From: a virus
Length of the DNA: 64,000 nucleotides
Reading direction: 5' to 3' (one strand)
Virus record (IMG/VR): IMGVR_UViG_3300042482_000679
Shown here piece by piece: positions 50,985-60,617 of this stretch (positions are counted from its first letter, which is position 1; every line of letters begins with the position of its first letter). The translations under genes were made by a program, and so were the position numbers. Below the pieces are notes generated by a model. That model had not been told where the DNA came from and did no database searches. It worked only from the letters and a program-made list of their open reading frames with translations.

Positions 50985-51771
50985 TTTTCAAAAGTTTCAT
51001 AATTACTTGGATAACATCCTCTTTAGCTTTCTCTTTGTCAGATGCTTTAGGTGCAGGATTTTCACCCGGATTAGGGTTTTTTCCTGGGTGAGCAGGTCTT
51101 GTTCTTGGTTTTGTACCAGGTTTAACACCAGGTTTAACATCCGGTTTTGTAGGTGCGGTTGTTGGTTGTTCAGATAACATTTTCATAAAATCTCCTTTTG
51201 TCATTTTTGGTTGTAGATTTCTCTCCACCAAAGATACAATTTCTTTTTCAATTAAAGAAATGTAAGGGTCTTTTCCTTCTTTCAAAGATTGTTTTACATC
51301 TTTAACACACCTTTCATACTTGTTCTTTTGTTTTGCACTCCACTCACTTCTTTCAGTTGTTTTAAATTGTTTCCCTAATTGTGATGTACAAATAGCCCAA
51401 GCGTTATCTTTTGTTTTTTTATTTCCTTCAGTCATTTGACTTTCGGTTGGCATTCCGTCGCCATAATCATTATATCCGTCATCGGTAGATGGCCCTACTT
51501 GATGTGGGTCTTGAGTCCTTGCACCTTTTTCAAAATCCATAGGGTCCTCTTCGTCTTCAGTCATTTCAGTTTCAACTTTAACATTGATTCCTTGCGAGGT
51601 CATCTTTTTGATTTCTGTAGGGTCAGTACCCTTTTTAACAACAACAAGTCCCTGTTCAGATAACCCGAATTTTTTAAATAATGTAGTAATTTCAGATTCT
51701 TGTAAATTAAGAACTGTTTTAGGACTAAGTCCCATTTCAATTAACTTGAGAGCTTTTTTATTAGTTTTCAT
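50974..51771 (-). CDS. Hypothetical protein (probable internal head protein)
   Basis: Start MKTNKK; multiple LSEQ/MTE motifs; KP-rich tail. Confidence 0.65.
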   Translation of the reverse strand: MKTNKKALKLIEMGLSPKTVLNLQESEITTLFKKFGLSEQGLVVVKKGTDPTEIKKMTSQGINVKVETEMTEDEEDPMDFEKGARTQDPHQVGPSTDDGYNDYGDGMPTESQMTEGNKKTKDNAWAICTSQLGKQFKTTERSEWSAKQKNKYERCVKDVKQSLKEGKDPYISLIEKEIVSLVERNLQPKMTKGDFMKMLSEQPTTAPTKPDVKPGVKPGTKPRTRPAHPGKNPNPGENPAPKASDKEKAKEDVIQVIMKLLKNGK

Positions 51772-52153
51772 AAACAAATTCTTTTTCAAATGCAAGAATT
51801 AAATCTTTTTCATAAAGTTTATCTTTTACTGAAGTCTCTTCTTCACCAAAAGAAAAAACTAATCTTGTATCACCCAAATAATCTACTTCCCAAGCCAATG
51901 CAATTACTCCGTCAACTGAATCGTGCATTGAGAAATAATCTGAGTTTTGGATTAGTTCAAATTTTGTATCAGTACCTTTAAGAACACCTACTTTTTTGAT
52001 AAACTCTAAGTTTGGTGGAGAGGGATAACCATTTGCTGGTGAACTATCCCAAGAATCTCCCTCAACGTTTAAAGTATCAGAAAAAATAAACTCGTATAAA
52101 TTATCACCTTTATAGTCAGGACCAAGTCCATTCACATAAATTAGATAACTCAT
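51761..52153 (-). CDS. Hypothetical protein
   Basis: Coupled ORF in operon. Confidence 0.7.
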   Translation of the reverse strand: MSYLIYVNGLGPDYKGDNLYEFIFSDTLNVEGDSWDSSPANGYPSPPNLEFIKKVGVLKGTDTKFELIQNSDYFSMHDSVDGVIALAWEVDYLGDTRLVFSFGEEETSVKDKLYEKDLILAFEKEFVYEN

Positions 52154-53340
52154 AACAATAGACCTTCTTCAGATATTCTAACTTGTTTATTTTTATATTC
52201 AAACACCAAGTTATTCTTGTTTGTTTTTCCTATAAAATTATAAAAATTATTTTCTTCTAAAAATTTCTTAGCTGAAAGTTCTTGTTCGATAGTTTCAGAC
52301 AATCTTTCGATTTGAGTAACACTTTTTTTGGCGTTAGTCTTAACCTCATTCTTTCTTGACTCATACATCAATTTAGATTGTTTAACTTCAGAGTCAGAAA
52401 CTTCAAAATACTTACTTAAAACTTTGTCAATTTTAGATTCAGACATCGCATTTTCAAATGAATATGATTCTGTAGGTTCTTCAATTTCTACCTCACCTTC
52501 CATATCATCCCCCATTGCAGGTTCTTCAACATCAATTTCATCTTCCATACCCATATCAGCACCTTCTTCTTCGGCACCCTCAAGTTTGGACATAATGTCT
52601 TCCAAGTCTTCTTCACTTAGTTCTGTTAAATCAACTGCAGATAAAACCATATTGATAACGTATTTGATGTCTTCAGAAGTCATACCTTCAGCGTTATCAA
52701 AAGTTCTCATTTTTTGAGTTAACTTACCAGTTAATTTTTGGATTGTCTTGAATGTAACCTCCTCGTCGTCAGCAGGCTCTTCAACATCCATCTCAGCGTC
52801 AACCTCCATTTCATCATCCATTGGTGGTAAATCTTCTCCCGCCATATCATCTGCGGGCATATCATCCATTGGAACATCGTCAGCAGGTGCTGCTGGTAAA
52901 GCTGGTTCAGGAACCATAGGTGGTTCAGCAGGAACTGAAGGAGCTGCCGGTACATCTACCTCAGCCTTTTTAGTTTTGAAAACAAACTTTTTTTGTTCAC
53001 CAAACAATTCAGTACCTTCATCATTACCATTTAAAGTGTTAACTTCTTTGATAACTAAGTTTAGTCTTTTCAAAGCTTGTGAATATGAAGAATAATATTT
53101 TCTATTCTTCATTGGCTCAATATAATCAGACGTAGACTCAGTTAGTCCTTTTTTAATAATATAACCTTGTTTTTCTTTAACAATGTGATAAGTCATTCCA
53201 TCAACTAAGTTAATAGAATAATCTTGTGTTGATTCAGTCAAGGTACTGTTAGGAGTATTGTATTTAGCAATCTCCATAATTCTTTTTATTTTATCAGTTC
53301 CTTGTAACTTTTCACTACCGATAGGTTTTAGTTTTGACAT
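52150..53340 (-). CDS. Acidic hypothetical protein (head core-like)
   Basis: LTES motifs; acidic Pro-rich low-complexity middle. Confidence 0.65.
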   Translation of the reverse strand: MSKLKPIGSEKLQGTDKIKRIMEIAKYNTPNSTLTESTQDYSINLVDGMTYHIVKEKQGYIIKKGLTESTSDYIEPMKNRKYYSSYSQALKRLNLVIKEVNTLNGNDEGTELFGEQKKFVFKTKKAEVDVPAAPSVPAEPPMVPEPALPAAPADDVPMDDMPADDMAGEDLPPMDDEMEVDAEMDVEEPADDEEVTFKTIQKLTGKLTQKMRTFDNAEGMTSEDIKYVINMVLSAVDLTELSEEDLEDIMSKLEGAEEEGADMGMEDEIDVEEPAMGDDMEGEVEIEEPTESYSFENAMSESKIDKVLSKYFEVSDSEVKQSKLMYESRKNEVKTNAKKSVTQIERLSETIEQELSAKKFLEENNFYNFIGKTNKNNLVFEYKNKQVRISEEGLLL

Positions 53341-53365
53341 AGTTTTATTTATTTAATTTTCATTT

Positions 53366-55039
53366 TTAGCTGTTAATTCCATCGAATCCTCCGATTCTAA
53401 TAGCACTTAAATCTATAACAACACCCTTTTTATTTTGTGGGTTCCAATCAACTGGGTGAGGAGGTTGGTCGGGGAATGGCGGTGACTCCCAAGTACCACC
53501 ACTAAAGCTTCCTAAAATATCCGCAGTATACGCATATTGGTCGTTAACATCTAAACCAAAACCAAATGGAGTTGGAGTTGGTGTTGGAGTTGCGGTGTTT
53601 GTTGTTGTTGGTGACGGTGTTACGTCAGCAGTTGTTGATGGTGTGGGTGTGTTACTATTTGTAACAGTTGGTGTAGGTGTGTTAGATGCTGTAATTGATG
53701 GTGTTGGTGTTGGTGTTTTAGTAGGTGTGTTAGTTGGAGTTTTTGTTGGAGTTGGTGTTGAAGTTTGTGCCGGTGTTGTTGATGGTGTATTTGAAGGTGT
53801 TACTGTTTGAGTTGCGGTCTGTGTTGGTGTTTTAGTTGGAGTTGGAGTTGTTGTTGTAGTGTTAGACGGTGTAGGTGTAGGAGTTTTGGTATTTGTTGGT
53901 GTAGGTGTTGGAGTGGCATTTGTTAAACACTCGATACAATTTTGCCAAGGACCTGTTACAACTGTTGCCAAGTTATAAAGACTTGATGATGAACCACCAA
54001 TAATTGTTAAACATAATTCACCTGAACCTACAACATTTAGTTTATAAATTTTTCCTGTCGCTAAACTTGAGTCGTTTAATGCTAATGTATACGTACTAGA
54101 TGACGTACATTCCTGTACAAAATATTTCACTAAAGCTTCAGGACTTTCACTTGGTGTAATTGAAGGTGTAATTGAAGGTGTTGGTGTATTTGTAACCGTA
54201 GGAGTATTTGTTGAAGTTATTGTTGGTGTATTAGTTGGTGTGACCGCTGGTGTTCCTGTCGGTGTATTTGTTGCGGTAGTAGTTGGTGTGTTAGTTGATG
54301 TGACAGTCGGAGTATTAGTTGATGTTATGGTAGGTGTGTTAGTTGGAGTTACTGTTGCAGTATTAGTTGGAGTTACTGTCGCAGTATTAGTTGGAGTTAC
54401 TGTCGCAGTATTTGTAGGAGTGTTAGTCTGTGTTGCTGTATTTGTAGGTGTATTAGTTGGGGTTGATGTTGGAGTTGCGGTCGTACCTGTATATGGGTCA
54501 GTAGATGTTGGAGTTGGTGTTGTTGTAGAAGTATTTGTTGGTGTTTGTGTTGGTGTTGCAGTAGGTGTTGGGGTTGGCAAAGGCCCAACTTGTACAGTAA
54601 TTGAATCTGCGGTTGGTCCTGAACCCCAAGTCCAAGTATATGAACCAGTATTTATTCCCAAAGTTGCAAAACTTTTATTAGTAAAAGTTGCAATTGTTGG
54701 TCCTATTTCATTTCCAGAAACATATGATTCATCAAGATATAAGGTTGCTGTTCTTGGCGTACAACATTCACCAACACCAAAACTAAGACCACTACCTGAC
54801 CTATTAAATGAATTTGTAAAACTACCAGCACCCATATCATAGTTTTGTAACGCCAAACCAGTCCACGCTCTTACTTGGGTAATACCGGTGCTTAATAAAG
54901 AAACCCTGTCCTCAGATGGGTAAATTGTTGACCCTAAAGTTAAAGTAACACCTGATGTTAATGATGAAGTGTTAGCAGTACCTCCACCAGACATTACAAC
55001 GTCGGCTCCAACTTCAAGTATAGTAATTAATATTGACAT
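53366..55039 (-). CDS. Mucin-like Thr/Pro-repeat protein in the head module
   Basis: Two TPT tracts; internal KY.VQ.C...TGKIYKL...GPW.NC..CL domain shared with 7353-9260; TATTTAT upstream. Confidence 0.7.
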   Translation of the reverse strand: MSILITILEVGADVVMSGGGTANTSSLTSGVTLTLGSTIYPSEDRVSLLSTGITQVRAWTGLALQNYDMGAGSFTNSFNRSGSGLSFGVGECCTPRTATLYLDESYVSGNEIGPTIATFTNKSFATLGINTGSYTWTWGSGPTADSITVQVGPLPTPTPTATPTQTPTNTSTTTPTPTSTDPYTGTTATPTSTPTNTPTNTATQTNTPTNTATVTPTNTATVTPTNTATVTPTNTPTITSTNTPTVTSTNTPTTTATNTPTGTPAVTPTNTPTITSTNTPTVTNTPTPSITPSITPSESPEALVKYFVQECTSSSTYTLALNDSSLATGKIYKLNVVGSGELCLTIIGGSSSSLYNLATVVTGPWQNCIECLTNATPTPTPTNTKTPTPTPSNTTTTTPTPTKTPTQTATQTVTPSNTPSTTPAQTSTPTPTKTPTNTPTKTPTPTPSITASNTPTPTVTNSNTPTPSTTADVTPSPTTTNTATPTPTPTPFGFGLDVNDQYAYTADILGSFSGGTWESPPFPDQPPHPVDWNPQNKKGVVIDLSAIRIGGFDGINS

Positions 55040-55104
55040 TTAATTTTTCTTAATAAATATACATTTGGGTAGAATAATTTTCTAAATACTTGGACCTGCA
55101 ATAA

Positions 55105-55857
55105 TTAGTCGATATTTTTTACTTCAACGGAAAGTTCTTTATCCATTTGATTGTTGATAGTATCATACAATTTTTCAATAAGACCTGACCTTCTTAGATA
55201 TTTGAAAACCAAATTCTCATACGAGTATTCACCTTCTTTCTCCAAACCTGAAGTTCTATATTCTTTCAATTTATCCTTAAGAGCCAAAATTTTAGATTCA
55301 GTTTTTTCAACACCATCCTTTTTAATTTGGAGAATCAAATTTTGAAGTTTCTGTTTCCAAGAAAGAATTTTTGTTTCCAATAAATCTCTATCTATTTTTG
55401 AATTTTCTCTTTCGGGAACATTTAACCATTTATCATCTGAAATTGAATAAACACCTGAAGAATAATGAGCTTCTTTGGCATCTTGGGCGTACAACTCAAC
55501 CTCGTAACCAAAAATTACGATGTCGTGTTTTTCATTAAAAAGTTGTTTTTTAAGGTTAAACAATTCTTTGTGTAAATCTTCTTGTTTTTTGAATTGTGAG
55601 AAATCAATTACAACGTGTAAATCAAAGTCTGAAAATTTTGACCAGTTATAATTTGCCAACGAACCTGTTAATATAATATCTTCAACTTTAATATCATCAC
55701 CAAGACTATCGATAAAAGCATCCGCAATTTTTAATAAAGCCCTTTTTACTTTTGACTTCATTTTTGCATCTTTAGCTTCCTCAGGATTTTCCCAAACTTT
55801 AGGGTTTAAGGTTTCTCTAAGTGAAAAACTATCAATAATGTCGTTAACTTTCTCCAT
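55105..55857 (-). CDS. Pol-beta-superfamily nucleotidyltransferase
   Basis: LTGSLANYNWSKFSDFDLH (GS...DxD) plus VELY. Confidence 0.8.
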   Translation of the reverse strand: MEKVNDIIDSFSLRETLNPKVWENPEEAKDAKMKSKVKRALLKIADAFIDSLGDDIKVEDIILTGSLANYNWSKFSDFDLHVVIDFSQFKKQEDLHKELFNLKKQLFNEKHDIVIFGYEVELYAQDAKEAHYSSGVYSISDDKWLNVPERENSKIDRDLLETKILSWKQKLQNLILQIKKDGVEKTESKILALKDKLKEYRTSGLEKEGEYSYENLVFKYLRRSGLIEKLYDTINNQMDKELSVEVKNID

Positions 55858-55874
55858 TATTAATAAATAGATAG

Positions 55875-56120
55875 TTATTCTACTTTCTTATACTTGAATT
55901 TTTTTGATATCTCAGAATTGAAGAATTTACCCTGTGATTCGGACATTCTGAATTTTGTGTATGTTGCGTGTGGTACATCTTCATATTCGTATCTCACGCC
56001 ATTTTTGAACTCTGCAATCATTTTTTTGGTTGCAGTATCATATTCTGTTCTTGTAATATTACTTGACTCAATCTCGTTGAGTATTTTTGTTCCGTCTATA
56101 ATTTCTCTTTTAATTGCCAT
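55875..56120 (-). CDS. KTSC-domain protein
   Basis: SSNI...YD.....F.NG.RYEY.DVP...Y..F..SESQGKFFN. Confidence 0.9.
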   Translation of the reverse strand: MAIKREIIDGTKILNEIESSNITRTEYDTATKKMIAEFKNGVRYEYEDVPHATYTKFRMSESQGKFFNSEISKKFKYKKVE

Positions 56121-56409
56121 CGTTTAAAGGGAATAACTCATTTATCTTCTCCAATCTTTTGTGGATAATTAAATTTAAATCATTTTCTTCCAAATTAAAC
56201 ATATCAGACAATTCCTTCTTTAACATATGTAAATAATAATTAAACTCATCGTGAGCTTTAAATAATTCTACGGTCATATTCGAAACCTTAGCCGCGGTTT
56301 CCTCTGTATAACCAAGTCTTTTTAATTCTTTTCTAATTCTAATATAGGCATCAAAAAGTGATGAATAGTTAAAAGAACCATCAAGATATTTGTTCACTAT
56401 CTTTTCCAT
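56110..56409 (-). CDS. Hypothetical protein
   Basis: ORF with TATTTAT upstream. Confidence 0.65.
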   Translation of the reverse strand: MEKIVNKYLDGSFNYSSLFDAYIRIRKELKRLGYTEETAAKVSNMTVELFKAHDEFNYYLHMLKKELSDMFNLEENDLNLIIHKRLEKINELFPLNDGN

Positions 56410-56422
56410 ATAAGATAAATAT

Positions 56423-56450
56423 AAAAAACCCCCAACTTAGTCGGGGGTCT
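56423..56450 (-). terminator. Intrinsic terminator
   Basis: Minus strand CCCCCGAC-TAA-GTTGGGGG followed by TTTTTT. Confidence 0.8.
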
Positions 56451-56455
56451 TCAAA

Positions 56456-56902
56456 TTATTCATATTTTCTCAACTCGTTTCGTATCTCAATCGCTGATTC
56501 AAAATCTTGTGTTTCGATTGCCGATTTCAATTTAGACTGTAGTTCTTCTACCTTGTCTTTATTCTCTTCAATTGATTTAATCATATCACGAAGTTTAATT
56601 GCCAATAAGAAATCTTCAGTCTCAACCGCTCTTTCGAGTTCTGCTTTTAGTCTTTCAACTTTATTCTCAGATTGTTTTGGTTTTCTCAATTTAGATTTAA
56701 GACCATCTTTGTCACTTCCAAAGTAGGACTTATAAATTACGGTTGATTTCCAAGTACCATCTGGTGATGTGTAACTTTCACTGGTCCATTCACCTTCTTC
56801 ATCTTTACCCGTTTTAAAATCTTTTTTAAAGTCTTTAAAAGGGTCTCCACCGAACATTGATTCAAACATTTCGTTTAGGTCGTCAAAATTAAATCTTCTC
56901 AT
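56456..56902 (-). CDS. Tandem UVR (UvrB/C motif) domain protein, putative Clp adaptor
   Basis: LERAVETEDFLLAIKLRD and LKSAIETQDFESAIEIRN. Confidence 0.85.
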   Translation of the reverse strand: MRRFNFDDLNEMFESMFGGDPFKDFKKDFKTGKDEEGEWTSESYTSPDGTWKSTVIYKSYFGSDKDGLKSKLRKPKQSENKVERLKAELERAVETEDFLLAIKLRDMIKSIEENKDKVEELQSKLKSAIETQDFESAIEIRNELRKYE

Positions 56903-56950
56903 AGTATTTTTTTTATTAAATATAAATGTTTATTTTTGTAGAGACAATAG

Positions 56951-57058
56951 TCAATTTGAATGCCAAATGGAAATATATGACATTTTGTCAGTATCACAAA
57001 AAACTTAACTGACAATTTTTCAGTTGTTTGGATTTGTATGAAAATTGTTATACCTTTG
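56951..57058. promoter_or_regulatory. Divergent control region: two TGACA-N3-TGTCA palindromes, sigma54-like site (minus) and Bacteroidota sigma70-type promoter (plus)
   Basis: Palindromes at 56978-56990 and 57010-57022; minus TGGCA-TTCAAA-TTGA at 56951-56965; TTTG (57027)-N20-TACCTTTG (57051). Confidence 0.65.
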
Positions 57059-57075
57059 TAAAAAAATAGAAAACT

Positions 57076-59076
57076 ATGAATGGATTAATGGATGATGACG
57101 AAAAACCTCTAAGCCAACGTAAATCTTCTGATTCTTCAACACCTGTGTTGGACAATTTCAGTAGAGACCTTATTAAGTTAGCTGAAGATGGTAAACTTGA
57201 CCCTGTTGTTGGTCGTGAACAAGAGATTCTACGAATTGCACAAGTTTTATCACGTAGGAAGAAAAACAACCCAATTATCTTGGGGGAACCTGGTTGTGGT
57301 AAAACCGCGATTGTCGAAGGATTGGCAATGTTGATTCACAAAGGTGAGTGTCCAAAGAATTTGTTGGATAAACGAATTGTTACTTTGGATTTGACATCTG
57401 TGGTTGCAGGAACCAAGTATCGTGGTCAGTTTGAAGAACGACTAAAGGTTATCTTGGAAGAACTTCAAAACAACCCGAATATCATCGTGTTCATTGATGA
57501 GATTCATACGTTGATTGGTTCAGGTAACTCATCAGGTTCTCTTGATGGTTCCAACATCTTTAAACCAGCTCTTGCTCGTGGAGAACTCCAATGTATCGGA
57601 GCGACTACTTTGGATGAGTATCGTAAGTCGTTTGAGAAAGATGGGGCGTTGGAACGTCGTTTTCAAAAAATTATGGTTGACGCATCAACACCTGCAGAAA
57701 CTGTAATTATCCTTAACAATGTCAAGGATAAGTATGAGTCTTACCATAAGGTAACCTATTCAGATGAGGTAATTGAATTGTGTGTAAAGTTGGCTGACCG
57801 TTACATCACAGACCGTCAATTCCCTGACAAAGCCTTTGATATTCTGGATGAGGTTGGGGCTCGTGCTCAAACTGAGGTTAAAATACCTGAAGCAATTGAG
57901 GACCTGAAACGTAAAGCGGCTGAAATCAAACAACAAAAACTTGATGTTGTAAAACGTCAAAACTTTGAACAAGCAGCCGAATTACGTGACAAGGAACGTA
58001 AAATCTTGGCAAAACTTGAATCTGAAAAGAAAAAGTTTGAAGAGGAGTCATCAACCAATCGTACCTCGATTACTGTTGATAATGTTTATGATGTGGTTTC
58101 GTCTATGACAAAAATTCCTGTAAACAAAATGACAATCGATGACACTAACGCACTTATCAATATGGATAGTGTTATTAAGTCTAAGGTAATCGGTCAGGAT
58201 GAGGCGGTAGAAAAGATTGTTAAATCAATCCGTAGAAACCGAATTGGTATCAAAGACCCTAATCGTCCAATTGGTTCATTTATTTTCTTGGGTTCTACTG
58301 GTGTTGGTAAAACTCACTTGGCTAAACAAATCGCCAAAGAAATGTTTGGTTCAGAAGATTCGATGATTCGTGTGGATATGTCCGAGTATCAAGAAAAACA
58401 CACGGTATCTCGATTGGTCGGAGCACCTCCAGGATACGTTGGTTATGATGAAGGTGGTATGTTGACAGAACAAGTCAAAAACAAACCATACTCAGTAATC
58501 CTATTTGATGAGGTTGAAAAGGCTCACCGAGACATCTTCTCAATCCTACTTCAAATCCTTGATGATGGTCACGTTACTGATTCATTGGGTCGTAAGATTA
58601 ACTTCAAGAATACCTTGATTATTATGACCACAAACTTGGGTGTTAAAAAATTGTCTGATTTTGGTTCAGGTATTGGTTTCTCATCAAACAAATACTCAAA
58701 CGAAGAAGCCAAAAAACAGATGTTGATGAAAGAACTCAAAACTTTCTTCTCACCTGAGTTTTTGAACCGTGTAGATGACACCATCGTGTTCCAAACTTTA
58801 TCGAAAGAAAATATCGATAAAATCACCAAACTTGAATTGGATAAATTGGTGACTCGTTTGACTGATATGAATTATCAAATTACATATAGTCCTTCGTTGA
58901 TTGAATTTATCTCAAAAGTTGGGTTTGATGAAATATATGGAGCACGTCCTATCAAAAGGGCTATTCAAGATAAGGTCGAAGATTTTATCTCTGAGATGGT
59001 CCTGACAGGTAAAATCAAGGAAGGTAAAAAAATCAATCTTACCGTCCAAGATGAGACAGTAAAAATTGGTAAGTAA
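57076..59076 (+). CDS. clpC: ClpC-type AAA+ ATPase lacking the N-terminal domain
   Basis: [18 protein letters not shown]-domain (FEQAAELRD), [15 protein letters not shown] ClpP-docking loop. Confidence 0.9.
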   Translation: MNGLMDDDEKPLSQRKSSDSSTPVLDNFSRDLIKLAEDGKLDPVVGREQEILRIAQVLSRRKKNNPIILGEPGCGKTAIVEGLAMLIHKGECPKNLLDKRIVTLDLTSVVAGTKYRGQFEERLKVILEELQNNPNIIVFIDEIHTLIGSGNSSGSLDGSNIFKPALARGELQCIGATTLDEYRKSFEKDGALERRFQKIMVDASTPAETVIILNNVKDKYESYHKVTYSDEVIELCVKLADRYITDRQFPDKAFDILDEVGARAQTEVKIPEAIEDLKRKAAEIKQQKLDVVKRQNFEQAAELRDKERKILAKLESEKKKFEEESSTNRTSITVDNVYDVVSSMTKIPVNKMTIDDTNALINMDSVIKSKVIGQDEAVEKIVKSIRRNRIGIKDPNRPIGSFIFLGSTGVGKTHLAKQIAKEMFGSEDSMIRVDMSEYQEKHTVSRLVGAPPGYVGYDEGGMLTEQVKNKPYSVILFDEVEKAHRDIFSILLQILDDGHVTDSLGRKINFKNTLIIMTTNLGVKKLSDFGSGIGFSSNKYSNEEAKKQMLMKELKTFFSPEFLNRVDDTIVFQTLSKENIDKITKLELDKLVTRLTDMNYQITYSPSLIEFISKVGFDEIYGARPIKRAIQDKVEDFISEMVLTGKIKEGKKINLTVQDETVKIGK

Positions 59077-59077
59077 C

Positions 59078-59105
59078 AAAAGGGGGGATGAAAGTCCTCC
59101 CTTTT
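59078..59105 (+). terminator. Intrinsic terminator
   Basis: AAAAGGGGGGAT-GAAA-GTCCTCCCTTTT. Confidence 0.85.
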
Positions 59106-59118
59106 ATATTTATATTAT

Positions 59119-59745
59119 ATGCGTGATAGAATTAAACAAATTTTACAAGAACAAATCGACCTTAAAAAAATAGGTATTGAAGTTGAACCTTCAGATAGAG
59201 TTGTACGTAGTATTTGTGATGCTAAGAAATTTTGTGATGCTCAAGGACCTATAACATTTGGTCAATTAAGAACTATTATCGAATCGGCAATAAAGGAACG
59301 ATTGGGTAAACATATTGGCGAGGGTGGGTTTAAAGCAACATTAAGATTATTACCTTGGTTTTTACCACAATTAGCGGTTGCGGGATTTGGTGCTGCAATT
59401 ATGAGAGCTGCAAATAAAATTATTAAACCTTCATTAACTGAAACCCAAAATTACAAGACTTGGTGGGGTAAAACAATTTTAAGACTTATGGATGCAGTTG
59501 AGGGTGACCTTCCTCTTTCAGACCCATTTAGTAAAATATTTTTTATATCAGATGGTTTAATGAGCTTAATGGACGATGAGAGTAAAGTTAAATTTGCTCG
59601 TCATATTGCAGAAATTGCTAACAGAATGCCAGACGATGAACCAGTGCCAGAGTTTTTTGTAGAAAACGAATTAAGAAATTGGGTTAATAAAAGATTTTTA
59701 TTAGACCCACCACTTGAACCAAAGGGAATAAAAAAAGAGGACTAA
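59119..59745 (+). CDS. Hypothetical protein
   Basis: TATTTA 6 nt upstream of ATG; N-term IKQILQEQ. Confidence 0.7.
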   Translation: MRDRIKQILQEQIDLKKIGIEVEPSDRVVRSICDAKKFCDAQGPITFGQLRTIIESAIKERLGKHIGEGGFKATLRLLPWFLPQLAVAGFGAAIMRAANKIIKPSLTETQNYKTWWGKTILRLMDAVEGDLPLSDPFSKIFFISDGLMSLMDDESKVKFARHIAEIANRMPDDEPVPEFFVENELRNWVNKRFLLDPPLEPKGIKKED

Positions 59746-59758
59746 TGTCCTCTTTTTT
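59731..59758. terminator. Bidirectional intrinsic terminator
   Basis: AAAAAAGAGGAC-TAAT-GTCCTCTTTTTT between convergent genes. Confidence 0.9.
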
Positions 59759-59761
59759 GTT

Positions 59762-60592
59762 TTAGAAAAGTAAAAACTGATGTGAGTTTTTATCTACTCT
59801 GTTAGTGTGGTGATAATTGTTACCAATTGATTCGATAATTTTTTTACCAATGTTAATACCGTTCTCGACATCTTCAATTACAACATATTCATATTTTGAG
59901 TGGTAGTCATAATAACCAATTGATAGGTTAATACAAGAGAAATCAAATTTCTTTCTCAAAGCGTATACATCAGTAAATGGGTGTCGTTGGTACTTCATAT
60001 CGTCTGTCATAGACTCTTTCAATACAACATCACAAGACTTGAAGAAATCAGAGTTTCGGTCAAACAATCTTTCACCAAAACAATATTCTGTAACCATCCA
60101 GTTCTCAGGTGCATCAAACTGAATCGCATATCCGACATTTTTGAAGAACTCAGGGTCAGCGTGAGATGAACCAATACAACCAATTTCCTCACTAACAAAA
60201 AACGCAACTTTCAAGTCAGGTAGTTCTTCCAATAAAGTCAAACAGGCAAAAACACCCGCCTTGTCATCACCACCAATACCTGTTGGATTTCCGTGGTCGT
60301 CATAAGCTTTCAAGGAAAGTTTCATTTCACCTTGAGCATTTTCTTTCATTTCTTCACGAACATTAATATTTGTCAATGAGTGGACCGTGTCCGTATGAGC
60401 AACAACACAAGGAAAATATTCAACAACTTCAGAAGTCTGTTTTGTAACATAAACGTTCATATGTTCATCAACCTGAAAGTTGTAACCTTTGTTGGTTAGG
60501 TAGTTTGTGAGGTATTCTACCATAATACCTTCGTGTCTTGATACTGTGGGAACTGATAGAACTTCCTTAAGTAGGTTTGTGTTGATTGTCAT
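59762..60592 (-). CDS. M20/M28/M42-clan zinc peptidase
   Basis: AHTDTV, GGDDKAG, SEEIG, QFD, YH. Confidence 0.85.
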   Translation of the reverse strand: MTINTNLLKEVLSVPTVSRHEGIMVEYLTNYLTNKGYNFQVDEHMNVYVTKQTSEVVEYFPCVVAHTDTVHSLTNINVREEMKENAQGEMKLSLKAYDDHGNPTGIGGDDKAGVFACLTLLEELPDLKVAFFVSEEIGCIGSSHADPEFFKNVGYAIQFDAPENWMVTEYCFGERLFDRNSDFFKSCDVVLKESMTDDMKYQRHPFTDVYALRKKFDFSCINLSIGYYDYHSKYEYVVIEDVENGINIGKKIIESIGNNYHHTNRVDKNSHQFLLF

Positions 60593-60617
60593 TGTATATT
60601 ATTTGTATACAAATATA

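Noticed and set aside
57076-59076. ClpB assignment
   Set aside because: Short UVR-type M-domain and IGF loop indicate ClpC-type.
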